Source of the DNA: Thermoanaerobaculia bacterium | GTDB lineage: Bacteria > Acidobacteriota > Thermoanaerobaculia > Gp7-AA8 | Direction: 5' to 3' | Length of the DNA: 64,000 nucleotides | Assembly (NCBI GenBank): GCA_035525215.1 | Contig: DATLEY010000088.1 | Span: forward strand, 8,159 to 72,158 | Part shown: positions 8,688 to 17,526 of the stretch, piece by piece | Layout: each line of letters starts with the position of its first letter | Numbering within the stretch: the first letter of the stretch is position 1 | Translations under genes and position numbers: made by a program | The notes under the pieces: generated by a model | The model's database searches: none | What the model saw: the letters and a program-made list of their open reading frames with translations, nothing else | What the model was told of the DNA's origin: nothing

Positions 8688-9500
8688 ATGACGATGAAAC
8701 GATTTTTGACGATTCTGCTCGCAGCCGCGATCACCACGATGATCGCTTGTGGCGGCGGTGGAGAAACCGCAGCGTACGAGGAAGACGAAGAGCTCGAGGA
8801 GATCGTCTCGGCGGGCGGATCCGCCACGGCGGCGAGCGGGGGAGGGGCGGCCGCGGCCGTCGCCAACGCGGGGACGATCACCGGCGCCGTCACCCTGGCC
8901 GGCAATCCCGCTCCGCAATCGACGATTCAGATGGGGGCGGATCCCGCCTGTCAGGCCGCCCATAGCTCGCCTGTGCATGCCCAGAATGTCGTGGTCAATC
9001 CCGCCGGACAGCTTGCCAATGTGTTCGTCTATGTGAAGGATTTCCGGGGCGCCGCTCCAAAGCCGACCGAGCCCGCCATTCTCGACCAGCGCGGCTGCCA
9101 GTACTTCCCGCACGTCGGCGGCGTGCAGGTCGGCCAGACCCTTCGCATCCGGAACAGCGATCCCACGCTCCACAACGTTCACGCGATGCCGAAGGTGAAC
9201 CGCGAGTTCAACATCGGACAGCCGGTTCAGGGAATGACCACCGACAAGGTGTTCGACAAGCCGGAGGTCATGGTCCCCTTCAAGTGCGATGTTCATAACT
9301 GGATGAGCTCCTATCTGGCCGTGCTGCCGCATCCCTATTTCGGGACTTCCAATGAGCAGGGGAGCTTCCAGATCGCGAATCTCCCTCCGGGGACCTACAC
9401 GCTCGAAGCGTGGCACGAGAAGTTCGGGACGCAGACCCAGCAGGTGACGGTCGCTCCGAACGAGCAGAAGCAGGTCAGTTTCTCGTTCAATGCATCGTAA
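8688..9500 (+). CDS. lipoprotein with cupredoxin-like (type-1 copper, His/Cys/His/Met) signature embedded in a transthyretin/CarboxypepD_reg-like beta-sandwich
   Basis: Lipobox LAAAITTMIAC. Putative Cu ligands are LHNVHAM ... FKCDVHNWM (C-x2-H-x2-M, the amicyanin spacing). N- and C-terminal strands GTITGAVTLAGNP and PPGTYTLEAW...QVTV resemble carboxypeptidase regulatory-like domains. Start at 8688 (AAGGAG Shine-Dalgarno 10 nt upstream), not the 8484 ORF start. Confidence 0.4.
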   Translation: MTMKRFLTILLAAAITTMIACGGGGETAAYEEDEELEEIVSAGGSATAASGGGAAAAVANAGTITGAVTLAGNPAPQSTIQMGADPACQAAHSSPVHAQNVVVNPAGQLANVFVYVKDFRGAAPKPTEPAILDQRGCQYFPHVGGVQVGQTLRIRNSDPTLHNVHAMPKVNREFNIGQPVQGMTTDKVFDKPEVMVPFKCDVHNWMSSYLAVLPHPYFGTSNEQGSFQIANLPPGTYTLEAWHEKFGTQTQQVTVAPNEQKQVSFSFNAS

Positions 9501-9557
9501 GAAGAGCGGAGTGGCAACGCTCGGGACACTACCGTCGATCTCCTTGGAGGAACAGGG

Positions 9558-11429
9558 ATGGCTGTGAAGCGCCAGATCAGGGTCGGCAAAAGCTGGATGA
9601 GCCCGAAGGAAGCGGAGGTCGCGCTCCGCGAAGCCCTCCGTGCTCAGAAGGAAGAGGAGCGCGCCCACGGCCACGCCCATTCCTTCTGGAGAACTTACGT
9701 ATTCTCGATCGATCACAAGGTGATCGGCATTCAGTACGCCCTCACCGCCCTCTCCTTTCTCCTCATCGGCTTCGGAATGATGTTGCTGATGCGGTGGCAG
9801 CTGGGGTGGCCGGGCCAGCCGATCCCCGGCGTGGGGGGGATGCTGGGCGAAGCGAACGCGCCGGGCGGCATCATGCTCCCCGAGTTCTACAACTCTCTCG
9901 GCGCGATGCATGGAACGATCATGGTCTTCCTCGGGATCGTTCCCCTCGCCGTTGGCGCCTTCGGCAACTACGTCGTGCCGCTGCAGATCGGAGCGCCGGA
10001 CATGGCGTTTCCGAAGCTGAACATGGCGTCGTACTGGACCTTCCTTCCGGGAGGCGTGATCATCCTGCTCAGCTTTCTAGCTCCGGGCGGCGCTCCGAAC
10101 TCCGGATGGACATCCTACCCGCCGCTTTCGGTGATTGCGACCCACGGCCAGACATTCTGGCTCGTGGGGATGGTCTTCCTGATCACGTCATCACTCCTCG
10201 GGTCGGTGAACTTCATCGTGACGATCATCCAGCTGCGCGCGCCGGGGCTGACGTACATGCGACTTCCCTTCTTCGTCTGGGCGCAGCTGGTCACCGCCTT
10301 CCTGCTGCTGCTCGCCTTCCCGCCCCTCGAAGCGGCCGCGGTGCTCCAGTTGATGGACCGGCTGGCGGATACGAGTTTCTTCATGCCGAGCGGGCTGGTC
10401 GTGGGCGGGCAGGTCGTGGAGATCGCGGGGGGTGGCAATCCGCTTCTCTGGCAGCATCTCTTCTGGTTCCTGGCCCACCCCGAGGTCTACGTTCTGATTC
10501 TTCCCGCCCTCGGGATCATCGCCGAGGTGATCGCGAACAACACTCGCAAGCCACTGTGGGGCTATCGCGCCATGGTTTTCGCGACGGTGTTTCTCGGATT
10601 CATGTCGTTCGTGGTCTGGGCCCACCATATGTTCATGACCGGCATGGGGACCGCGCTCAGCGCTTTCTTCCAGACGACGACGATGATCATCTCGGTGCCG
10701 TCGGTCGTCATTCTGACCGCGCTCTTCATCTCGCTCTGGGGCGGATCGATTCGCTTCAACACGCCGATGCTGTTCGCGCTGGCGTTCCTCCCCATGTTCG
10801 GAATCGGAGGATTGACCGGACTCCCGCTCGGCCTCGCGGCGGCGGACATTCATCTTCACGACACGTACTACGTGATCGGACACTTCCATTACGTCGTGGC
10901 CCCGGGAACGATCTTCGCGATGTTCGCCGGCATCTACTACTGGTTCCCGAAGGTCACCGGAAGGAAGATGAGCGACAAGCTCGGGAAGATGCACTTCTGG
11001 ACCTCGCTCGTGTTCATCAACGGGGTGTTCTTCCCGATGTTCATTCAGGGGCTCGCCGGTGTCTCCCGCCGGCTGTGGGATGGGGGTGAGCAGTACGCGC
11101 ATGCCGGCCCGGTCCTGCACCTGAACAAGTTCATGTCGATCTCGGCGTTCCTGCTTCTGATTGCGCAGGTTCCGTTCCTGATCAACTTCTTCAAGAGCAT
11201 GTTCTGGGGAGAGAAGGTCGGCTCCAATCCGTGGGATGCGACGACGATCGAATGGGCCGCGGCTCCCTCGCCCCCGGTGGCGCACGGAAACTTCCACGAG
11301 CTGCCGGTCGTGCACCGCGGACCTTACGAGTACAACCCGCCCGACGAAAATGTCGAGTTTCTGCCGCAGCATGTCGCGTCGGGAAGCGGCCCGGGACCTG
11401 GATTACCGCAGCACGCCGTGGCTCCATGA
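9558..11429 (+). CDS. ctaD: heme-copper (aa3-type) cytochrome c oxidase subunit I
   Basis: 623 aa, 12+ TM helices. The signatures [22 protein letters not shown] and HFHYV...[13 protein letters not shown] (His ligands of heme a / a3-CuB) are present. Confidence 0.95.
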   Translation: [623 protein letters not shown]

Positions 11430-11455
11430 GAGTGGATCTTCGAGGAGATTGACCG

Positions 11456-12052
11456 ATGGAAATGGAGATTCCCTACACCGTCGAGGAGAGACCCGACACC
11501 GGGCTATACAACGGCAAGCTCGGGATCTGGCTCTTTCTCGCATCCGAGTTCATGCTGTTCGGCGCCCTCTTTTCCGCGCTGATCATGATGCGAACCGGGG
11601 CGATCTCCTGGCCGCACGGCTACACGCTTCTGAATGTTCCACTGGCGACATTGAACACCTTCGTACTGATCGCGTCCTCGGTCACGGTCGTCCTGGCGTG
11701 GGCCAACTTCCGCCTGGGTGATTTCGCCAAGGGCCGGATGTACCTCATCGCCACGCTGGCCTGCGGCTTCGGCTTCATGATCATCAAGGCGATCGAGTAC
11801 GGGACCAAGTTCTCGCACCATCTCTATCCGGCTGAGAACAACTTCTACGCGATCTATTACACGATGACGGGCCTCCACGGCCTCCACGTGGTGGGCGGGA
11901 TGATCGTCTTCGCTTATCTGATCTGGCCTGGAGCGAAGCTGTGGAGCCACGACCGGCAGCGTTACATCAACCGTGTCGAGACGACCGGTCTTTACTGGCA
12001 TTTCGTCGATCTGGTGTGGATCTTTCTTTTCCCGACACTCTACCTGCTCTGA
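11456..12052 (+). CDS. ctaE: cytochrome c oxidase subunit III
   Basis: 198 aa. Contains LGIWLFLASEFMLFGALF and the C-terminal HFVDLVWIFLF, typical of COX3. Confidence 0.9.
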   Translation: MEMEIPYTVEERPDTGLYNGKLGIWLFLASEFMLFGALFSALIMMRTGAISWPHGYTLLNVPLATLNTFVLIASSVTVVLAWANFRLGDFAKGRMYLIATLACGFGFMIIKAIEYGTKFSHHLYPAENNFYAIYYTMTGLHGLHVVGGMIVFAYLIWPGAKLWSHDRQRYINRVETTGLYWHFVDLVWIFLFPTLYLL

Positions 12053-12085
12053 TTCCATCGCCGGGAAGGCCCTGAGAGGAGACGC

Positions 12086-12436
12086 ATGAGCGGAAACAGT
12101 CCCGAGCAGATCCGGCACGAGACCCGGATCTACCTCACGGTCTTCGCGGCCCTCGCCGCTCTGACCGTGGTCACGGTCGCCGTCAGCTATCTGCATCTGA
12201 GCGGCTGGCGGGCCATCGCCCTTGCACTCTTCATCGCGGGCATCAAGGGGTTTCTGGTCGCCGGCTACTTCATGCACCTGTTGAGCGAGAAGAAACTGGT
12301 GTACGCCATCCTGGCCGTGGCGACGGCCTTCTTTCTGCTGCTGATCTGGATTCCGTACACCGAGAAGGATTCGCAGGATGCAGCGCGCGCGGCGGCCATC
12401 GCGGGAGAAACCGCGCCGGCGGAGAACGGTCATTGA
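12086..12436 (+). CDS. ctaF: cytochrome c oxidase subunit IV (prokaryotic CtaF/CyoD family)
   Basis: 116 aa, three TM helices, GYFMHL motif shared with CyoD/CtaF. Confidence 0.65.
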   Translation: MSGNSPEQIRHETRIYLTVFAALAALTVVTVAVSYLHLSGWRAIALALFIAGIKGFLVAGYFMHLLSEKKLVYAILAVATAFFLLLIWIPYTEKDSQDAARAAAIAGETAPAENGH

Positions 12437-12439
12437 TCC

Positions 12440-12637
12440 ATGTCCCTCCGGGTCTTTCACATCGTCTTCATCATCGCCTCGATCGCCCTGTCGGTCGGGG
12501 TAGGGGTGTGGGCGGTCCGGTTTTATCAGGAAGCCGGAGGGATGAGCTGGCTGGCGATGGCGATCATTTTCTTCGTCCTCGCCGTGGCGCTCGTGCTCTA
12601 CGGAGTGCGGGTCTGGGAAAAGCTGAAGGAGGTGTGA
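12440..12637 (+). CDS. small two-helix membrane protein, oxidase-operon associated, unknown function
   Basis: 65 aa. Starts 4 nt after the ctaF stop and has two hydrophobic helices. No recognisable family. Confidence 0.35.
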   Translation: MSLRVFHIVFIIASIALSVGVGVWAVRFYQEAGGMSWLAMAIIFFVLAVALVLYGVRVWEKLKEV

Positions 12638-12639
12638 GG

Positions 12640-12912
12640 ATGACGAAATTCAGGCGTGCTCTCGTTCTCACGGCTCTGGTGCTCGCCGCGAGCCTGGTGC
12701 CGGACCCGGCCTTTGCCTGCGGTGTCTGCTACGGAGATCCCGACTCGCCGATGACGGAGGGAATGAACAACGGAATCCTGGTCCTGCTTGGATTCGTGGG
12801 AATCGTGCAGGTGGGATTCGTCGCTCTCTTCTGGAACTTCAGAAAGCGCGCGAGGGAGCACACGCGCAAGAATGACTTCCGGCTGATCGCCGGCGGGAAG
12901 GAAGAGCATTGA
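12640..12912 (+). CDS. small membrane protein with signal-peptide-like N-terminus and CGVCYGDPDSPM CxxC motif
   Basis: 90 aa. An AGGAGG Shine-Dalgarno lies 8 nt before the ATG at 12640. The sequence is MTKFRRALVLTALVLAASLVPDPAFA then a CxxC then a TM helix. Possible metal (Cu) handling protein. Confidence 0.4.
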   Translation: MTKFRRALVLTALVLAASLVPDPAFACGVCYGDPDSPMTEGMNNGILVLLGFVGIVQVGFVALFWNFRKRAREHTRKNDFRLIAGGKEEH

Positions 12913-12967
12913 TCCGCGGAACGCGAGCTGCAGGTCCGGCATCGATGAGTGAAAAGGGGAGGCGGCC

Positions 12968-13732
12968 ATGAGAGAGTTTCTCGCCCGCTACATGCCGACC
13001 GACGCGTCGGCTCATGGACAGAATCTCGACACGATCAGCGCACTCGTGCACTGGCTGATGTTCATCCTTCTGGTCGGCTGGGGATTGTATTTCATCTTCG
13101 TGCTCTGGCGATTCCGGGCAAGCCGCAACCCCAAGGCGAGCTACCACGGAGTGAAGTCGAAGATCTCGACCTACTCCGAGGCTGGCATCGTGGTGGTGGA
13201 AGCGATTCTGCTGATCGGATTCTCGATCCCCGCCTGGTCCCGATGGGTGGAGCCGCCTCCGGCGGGGTCGAACCCCATCGAAATCCGGGTCGTTGCGGAA
13301 CAGTTCGCCTGGAACGTCCATTACCCGGGGCCGGACGGAGTTTTCGGAAGGGTGGACTCCTCGTTGGTCTCGGCGACGAATCCGCTGGGACTCGACCCGG
13401 CCGATCGCAAGGGAGCCGACGACATTCTTTCCATCAACCAGCTCCACCTTCCCGTGAACCGCCCCGTCATCGTGAGACTTTCCTCGAAGGACGTCATTCA
13501 TTCCTTCGCCCTTCCGACGATGAGGGTCAAGCAGGACGCGATTCCCGGGATGGAGATCCAGGTGTATTTCACTCCGGTCCGGACGAACGGCGAGGAGCGG
13601 TGGGAAATCGCTTGCGCTCAACTTTGCGGTCTGGGACACTACCGAATGCGCGGCTTTCTGACCGTGCACACCGAGGAAGAATTCGCGGCCTGGCTCGGAG
13701 AGAACGCTCCGGCGCCGGCGCCCGTGGGTTAA
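12968..13732 (+). CDS. ctaC: cytochrome c oxidase subunit II with CuA centre and no fused cytochrome c domain
   Basis: CuA ligand pattern HSFALP ... CAQLCGLGHYRM. Two N-terminal TM helices. The protein ends about 25 aa after the CuA site. Confidence 0.9.
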   Translation: MREFLARYMPTDASAHGQNLDTISALVHWLMFILLVGWGLYFIFVLWRFRASRNPKASYHGVKSKISTYSEAGIVVVEAILLIGFSIPAWSRWVEPPPAGSNPIEIRVVAEQFAWNVHYPGPDGVFGRVDSSLVSATNPLGLDPADRKGADDILSINQLHLPVNRPVIVRLSSKDVIHSFALPTMRVKQDAIPGMEIQVYFTPVRTNGEERWEIACAQLCGLGHYRMRGFLTVHTEEEFAAWLGENAPAPAPVG

Positions 13733-13762
13733 CCGCCCGAGAACAAGCCAGTCCACTAAGTC

Positions 13763-14719
13763 ATGGATCATCCCACCCAATCAACGGGCCGCTGGTTGCG
13801 GTCATACACGAAGCTCGTCGCGGCGGCGACACTCTTCCTCATCTATGCCGGAGCGATGGTCACCTCGACCGGCTCGGGACTGGCCGTTCCCGACTGGCCT
13901 CTCTCCTACGGCATGCTCATGCCGCCTATGGTCGGAGGAATCTTCTACGAGCATGGCCACCGGATGGTGGCCGCGACGGTCGGACTGCTGACACTGATCC
14001 AGGCATTCTGGCTTCAGAAGCGCGCACCCCGTCCTTTCGTGCGGAAGCTCGGATGGATCGCTCTCGCCGCCGTCATCGTGCAGGGACTCCTCGGCGGACT
14101 CACCGTCATCTTTCTTCTTCCGAAGACGATCTCGATCTCGCACGCCGCCCTCGCCGAGATTTTCTTCTGCATCACCATCTCGATCGCATTCTTCAGCTCT
14201 CGCTTCTACGAGGGACTCTCTTCGAGAAAGGAGAGCGGAACGGCAGATGCTCGAGTCGCGACCAGGGCGCTGGTCGCGATCGTATTCGTCCAGATTCTTC
14301 TGGGCGCCTGGATGAGGCACCTCGGCGCAGGACTGGCCATCCCCGATTTTCCGCTCGCGTTCGGACGGCTCGTTCCCCAGCTCGATTCGATCGAGATCGT
14401 CTCGAATTTTCTTCATCGCGTCGGCGCGATCGCCGTCGTCGTGGTCGCGCTGATTGCAGGAGGGAAGATCCGGAAGGCCGGCGAGCCGCTGCTCCTGCGA
14501 TTCTGGTGGGGCCTGATCGCCCTGATCGGCGTGCAGATCACCCTCGGGGCCTTCACGATCTGGAGCGAGAAAGAGCCGATCGTGACGAGCTTTCACGTGA
14601 TGACCGGAGCGGCAACCCTGGCGTTGACCCTGATCCTCGCGTTGACGGCAGGATCCCTGGCCAGATCCGGCGGGCCCGTCGTTCGGGAGAGCTACGAGCA
14701 GGCGGAGGCCACGGCATGA
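13763..14719 (+). CDS. ctaA: heme A synthase (CtaA/COX15 family)
   Basis: 318 aa, 8 TM helices. Contains the conserved motifs DWPLSYG, EHGHRM and HAALAEI, with repeated His pairs in the two halves. Confidence 0.8.
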   Translation: MDHPTQSTGRWLRSYTKLVAAATLFLIYAGAMVTSTGSGLAVPDWPLSYGMLMPPMVGGIFYEHGHRMVAATVGLLTLIQAFWLQKRAPRPFVRKLGWIALAAVIVQGLLGGLTVIFLLPKTISISHAALAEIFFCITISIAFFSSRFYEGLSSRKESGTADARVATRALVAIVFVQILLGAWMRHLGAGLAIPDFPLAFGRLVPQLDSIEIVSNFLHRVGAIAVVVVALIAGGKIRKAGEPLLLRFWWGLIALIGVQITLGAFTIWSEKEPIVTSFHVMTGAATLALTLILALTAGSLARSGGPVVRESYEQAEATA

Positions 14720-15603
14720 CCGAGCTCGTTCTCGAGACCCGAAGCCGGACGTTCGCCGCGGTGGCCTCGGATTATCTCGAGCTCTCCAAGGCGAGGATCG
14801 TCCTCATGGTTCTGGTCACGACAGCTGCCGGGTATCTGGTGGCGGCGTCCAGCCTGGATCCCGGAATGTTGTTTCACCTACTGGCCGGCACCGCGCTGGT
14901 GGCGGGCGGAACGAACGCCCTGAATCAGTGGTGGGAGCGCGGGCTGGATGGACGGATGGCGCGGACGAGAAACCGTCCGCTTCCCTCCGGAAGGATGACC
15001 AGTCGCGTTGCGCTCGCATTCTCCGTCGGAATCTCGGTGGCCGGCATCGCCTACCTCGCGATTCTGGTCAATCCCCTGGCCTCCCTGCTCTCCTTCGCCA
15101 CGCTCGCCAGCTATCTCTTCGTCTACACGCCGATGAAGACGAGGTCGACCCTCTGCACGCTGGTCGGAGCCGCACCGGGGGCTGTTCCTCCGATGATCGG
15201 TTATGCCGCGGCGACAGGGGTGATCGACGCGAGAAGCTGGAGTCTTTTCGCCCTGATGTTCGCCTGGCAGCTTCCTCACTTCCTGGCGTTGAGCTGGATC
15301 TATCGCGAGGATTACGCGCGCGGCGGATTCCGGATGCTTTCCGTCGAGGATGAGAGCGGCGCCGCGGTGGGGCGGCAGGCGGTGGCGTGGAGTCTCGCCC
15401 TTCTCGTCGCGAGCACTGTCCCGGTCTGGCTCGGCCTGGCGGGACTCGCCTACGCGCTGGCCGCCGGAGTGGCAGGCTTCGCTCTTCTCGGCTCCGCGGC
15501 GCGATTCGCCTTCAGGATGAGCGCCGGAACGGCACGGACGCTTTTCATGGGATCGAACGTCTATCTGATCGTCGTCATGGTCGCCCTGGTGATCGGAGCC
15601 TGA
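14716..15603 (+). CDS. ctaB: protoheme IX farnesyltransferase (heme O synthase)
   Basis: UbiA-family signatures GTNALNQWWERGLDGRMARTRNRPLPSGR and YLFVYTPMK. The ATG at 14716 overlaps the ctaA stop. The rest of the long 12949..15603 ORF is artefactual. Confidence 0.9.
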   Translation: MTELVLETRSRTFAAVASDYLELSKARIVLMVLVTTAAGYLVAASSLDPGMLFHLLAGTALVAGGTNALNQWWERGLDGRMARTRNRPLPSGRMTSRVALAFSVGISVAGIAYLAILVNPLASLLSFATLASYLFVYTPMKTRSTLCTLVGAAPGAVPPMIGYAAATGVIDARSWSLFALMFAWQLPHFLALSWIYREDYARGGFRMLSVEDESGAAVGRQAVAWSLALLVASTVPVWLGLAGLAYALAAGVAGFALLGSAARFAFRMSAGTARTLFMGSNVYLIVVMVALVIGA

Positions 15604-15648
15604 TCGGTCGCCCCCGAGCCGAGTACACTCAGTGAACGGGAAGCCGAA

Positions 15649-16209
15649 GTGAGACTCAGATCCCTTTTCCTCCTCTTGGTCTTCGCGGCCATCACGGCCT
15701 GCAAGCCTGCCGTGGAGCTGCCCATTCTCTATCCCGTTCCACCGACCCGTCTGATTGCCGACGATGGCCGGCAGCTTTCCACCGAGTCGCTCGCCGGGCA
15801 GGTCGCCATCTACGACTTCATCTTCACGCGGTGCGGCGCCACCTGCCCGATGATGACCCGCGCGATGCAGGAGCTGACGCGGAAGTTTCCCGACGACGCG
15901 CCCATCCGCTTCGTGTCCGTGACCGTCGATCCGGAGCACGACACGCCGGAAGTCCTGGCTCGATACGCGGAAACGCACCGCAATGACCAGCGGTGGATGT
16001 TTCTGACCGGAACGCGTGAGGACGTCATCGATCTCTCGGTGAAGGGATTCAAGCTGGCCGCGGGCGATCCAGTCGAGGGGCTGGAGCCGTTCCTTCACAG
16101 CACGCGCTTCGTCCTGGTGGACAAGGAAGGAAACATCCGAGGCTACTACGACAGCATCGAGAAGGAAGCGATGGCGAAGTTGGTGGACGACGCGAAGGCG
16201 CTTCTGTAA
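15649..16209 (+). CDS. SCO1/SenC copper chaperone lipoprotein
   Basis: Lipobox ITAC. Thioredoxin-like CxxxC motif FTRCGATCP. Conserved downstream His (LEPFLHS). Confidence 0.85.
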   Translation: MRLRSLFLLLVFAAITACKPAVELPILYPVPPTRLIADDGRQLSTESLAGQVAIYDFIFTRCGATCPMMTRAMQELTRKFPDDAPIRFVSVTVDPEHDTPEVLARYAETHRNDQRWMFLTGTREDVIDLSVKGFKLAAGDPVEGLEPFLHSTRFVLVDKEGNIRGYYDSIEKEAMAKLVDDAKALL

Positions 16210-16211
16210 TC

Positions 16212-16628
16212 ATGGACTGGATCCGGCAGCTCCCGACGCTGAACGCGACGCTCAATGCGACGAGCGGCGTGCTTCTGGTTCTCGGCTACCTCCAGATCCG
16301 CCGTGGCGACGTCGCCCGGCACCGAAGGCTGATGCTCTCCGCCTGCATCGTCTCCGCGCTTTTCCTGGTGAGCTATCTGACGTATCACTTCTTTGCAGGC
16401 TCGACACGTTTTCAGGGCCAGGGGTGGATCAGGCCGGTCTACTTTTCGATCCTGATCTCTCACACGATTCTCGCGACGGCCATCCTTCCCATGGTCCTGG
16501 TGACGGTGTGGCACGGCCTCCGGATGAATGTCGACCGCCATCGCCGCATTGCGCGCTGGACGTATCCTCTCTGGCTCTACGTCAGCGCGACCGGCGTGAT
16601 CGTCTACCTGATGCTGTACCGGATGTAG
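16212..16628 (+). CDS. DUF420 membrane protein (CtaM-like oxidase assembly factor)
   Basis: 138 aa, four TM helices. A small family commonly found adjacent to SCO/cta genes. Confidence 0.65.
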   Translation: MDWIRQLPTLNATLNATSGVLLVLGYLQIRRGDVARHRRLMLSACIVSALFLVSYLTYHFFAGSTRFQGQGWIRPVYFSILISHTILATAILPMVLVTVWHGLRMNVDRHRRIARWTYPLWLYVSATGVIVYLMLYRM

Positions 16629-16701
16629 AGTGCTGAGTGCTGAGTGACGGTGGGTGATGACCATCGAGCACGAAAAGCGTGGCGGCGTCGCGGGCGGGTG
16701 G

Positions 16702-16932
16702 GAGTCATTCAGAGGCCGCACGGGAGGACGAGCTGGAGAGACGCTTGGTCTCGCGGCCGAAGAATCTCAGAATGCGCAGGCCGTCATCGGGTTCTTGTGC
16801 CGGTGCAGTTGCATCGTACGAACGCATCTGGACGAGAATAAGAATCCGAGATCGATCATCCCGGCTGAGATTCTTCGGCCGCGAGACCAATCGTGGCGGT
16901 ACTTCGTTCTCCCGTGCGGCCTCTGAATGACC
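16702..16932 (+). repeat. nested-palindromic intergenic repeat element, copy A (about 231 bp, MITE/REP-like)
   Basis: Terminal inverted repeats GGTCATTCAGAGGCCGCACGGGAG ... CCCGTGCGGCCTCTGAATGACC. Inner inverted repeats GGTCTCGCGGCCGAAGAATCTCAGAATGCG ... CTGAGATTCTTCGGCCGCGAGACC. Near-identical to copies at 31563, 52278 and 59660. Confidence 0.9.
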
Positions 16933-16986
16933 CGCCCGTTTTGCCTACGACGGCCGGGCCCCGGCGTCAACGCTCAGGCCGCGTCT

Positions 16987-17526
16987 CTACGCCTCCGTCG
17001 CCGGTTCGCTGACGGCGACGCTGCCCGACATCCGGTCGGCCAGACTGCGGCGCTCGCCGAAAAGAGCGGGAAGGAATCCGATGCCCGCGGTGGCGAGAGA
17101 GAGCAGGGTTCCCAGCCATCGGCGGGCGGCTGCTGGCACATCGACCGGCGAGCCGTCCTCGCTCACGATCGAGTGCTCGAAGATCGTCGCGCCGATGGTC
17201 CTTCCCCAGATCAGCCAGCATCCGGCGAAGTACACGAACGAGAGGAGCAGCAGGAACGCAATCAACGCGATCGAGGGAACGGGCTCGTCGATCAGTGAGG
17301 CCATCACCGAGGAGCGCTGCGGGAGAAGGGGACTGAGTGCGAGAAAGAGGGCGATGAAGAGGGAGACGTCGGTGATGAATCCGAGGCTTCGCCGGAGAAT
17401 CGGCGCCGGCACGATCTCCTGCGGAGCGGCGACCGGCAACTCGCCGGGCGGATCGTCGGAGATTGGAGAGTGATCGCTTCCCGGCGTCGGCTCGGGGATC
17501 AGCTCGATCTCATCGAAGCGGGGCAC
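16987..17526 (-). CDS. RDD-family membrane protein
   Basis: 179 aa. Pro-rich N-terminus, then three TM helices, with conserved R/D/D positions (RRSLGFITD ... AGCWLIWGRT ... ERRSLADR). Confidence 0.5.
   Translation of the reverse strand: MPRFDEIELIPEPTPGSDHSPISDDPPGELPVAAPQEIVPAPILRRSLGFITDVSLFIALFLALSPLLPQRSSVMASLIDEPVPSIALIAFLLLLSFVYFAGCWLIWGRTIGATIFEHSIVSEDGSPVDVPAAARRWLGTLLSLATAGIGFLPALFGERRSLADRMSGSVAVSEPATEA

Noticed and set aside
8905-8925. CQAAH and CQYFPH in the lipoprotein as possible heme c sites.
   Set aside because: The spacing is CxxxH and CxxxxH, not CxxCH, so these are not c-type heme attachment motifs.
16705-16890. Short ORFs lying entirely inside the palindromic repeat copies. 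Examples are 16705..16890(-), 16767..16970(-), 30061..30243(+), 30110..30361(-), 31570..31752(-), 31606..31788(+), and the small ORFs in 52213..52416 and 59724..59954.
   Set aside because: Their translations are near-identical on both strands because the element is palindromic. They are artefacts of the repeat, not proteins.
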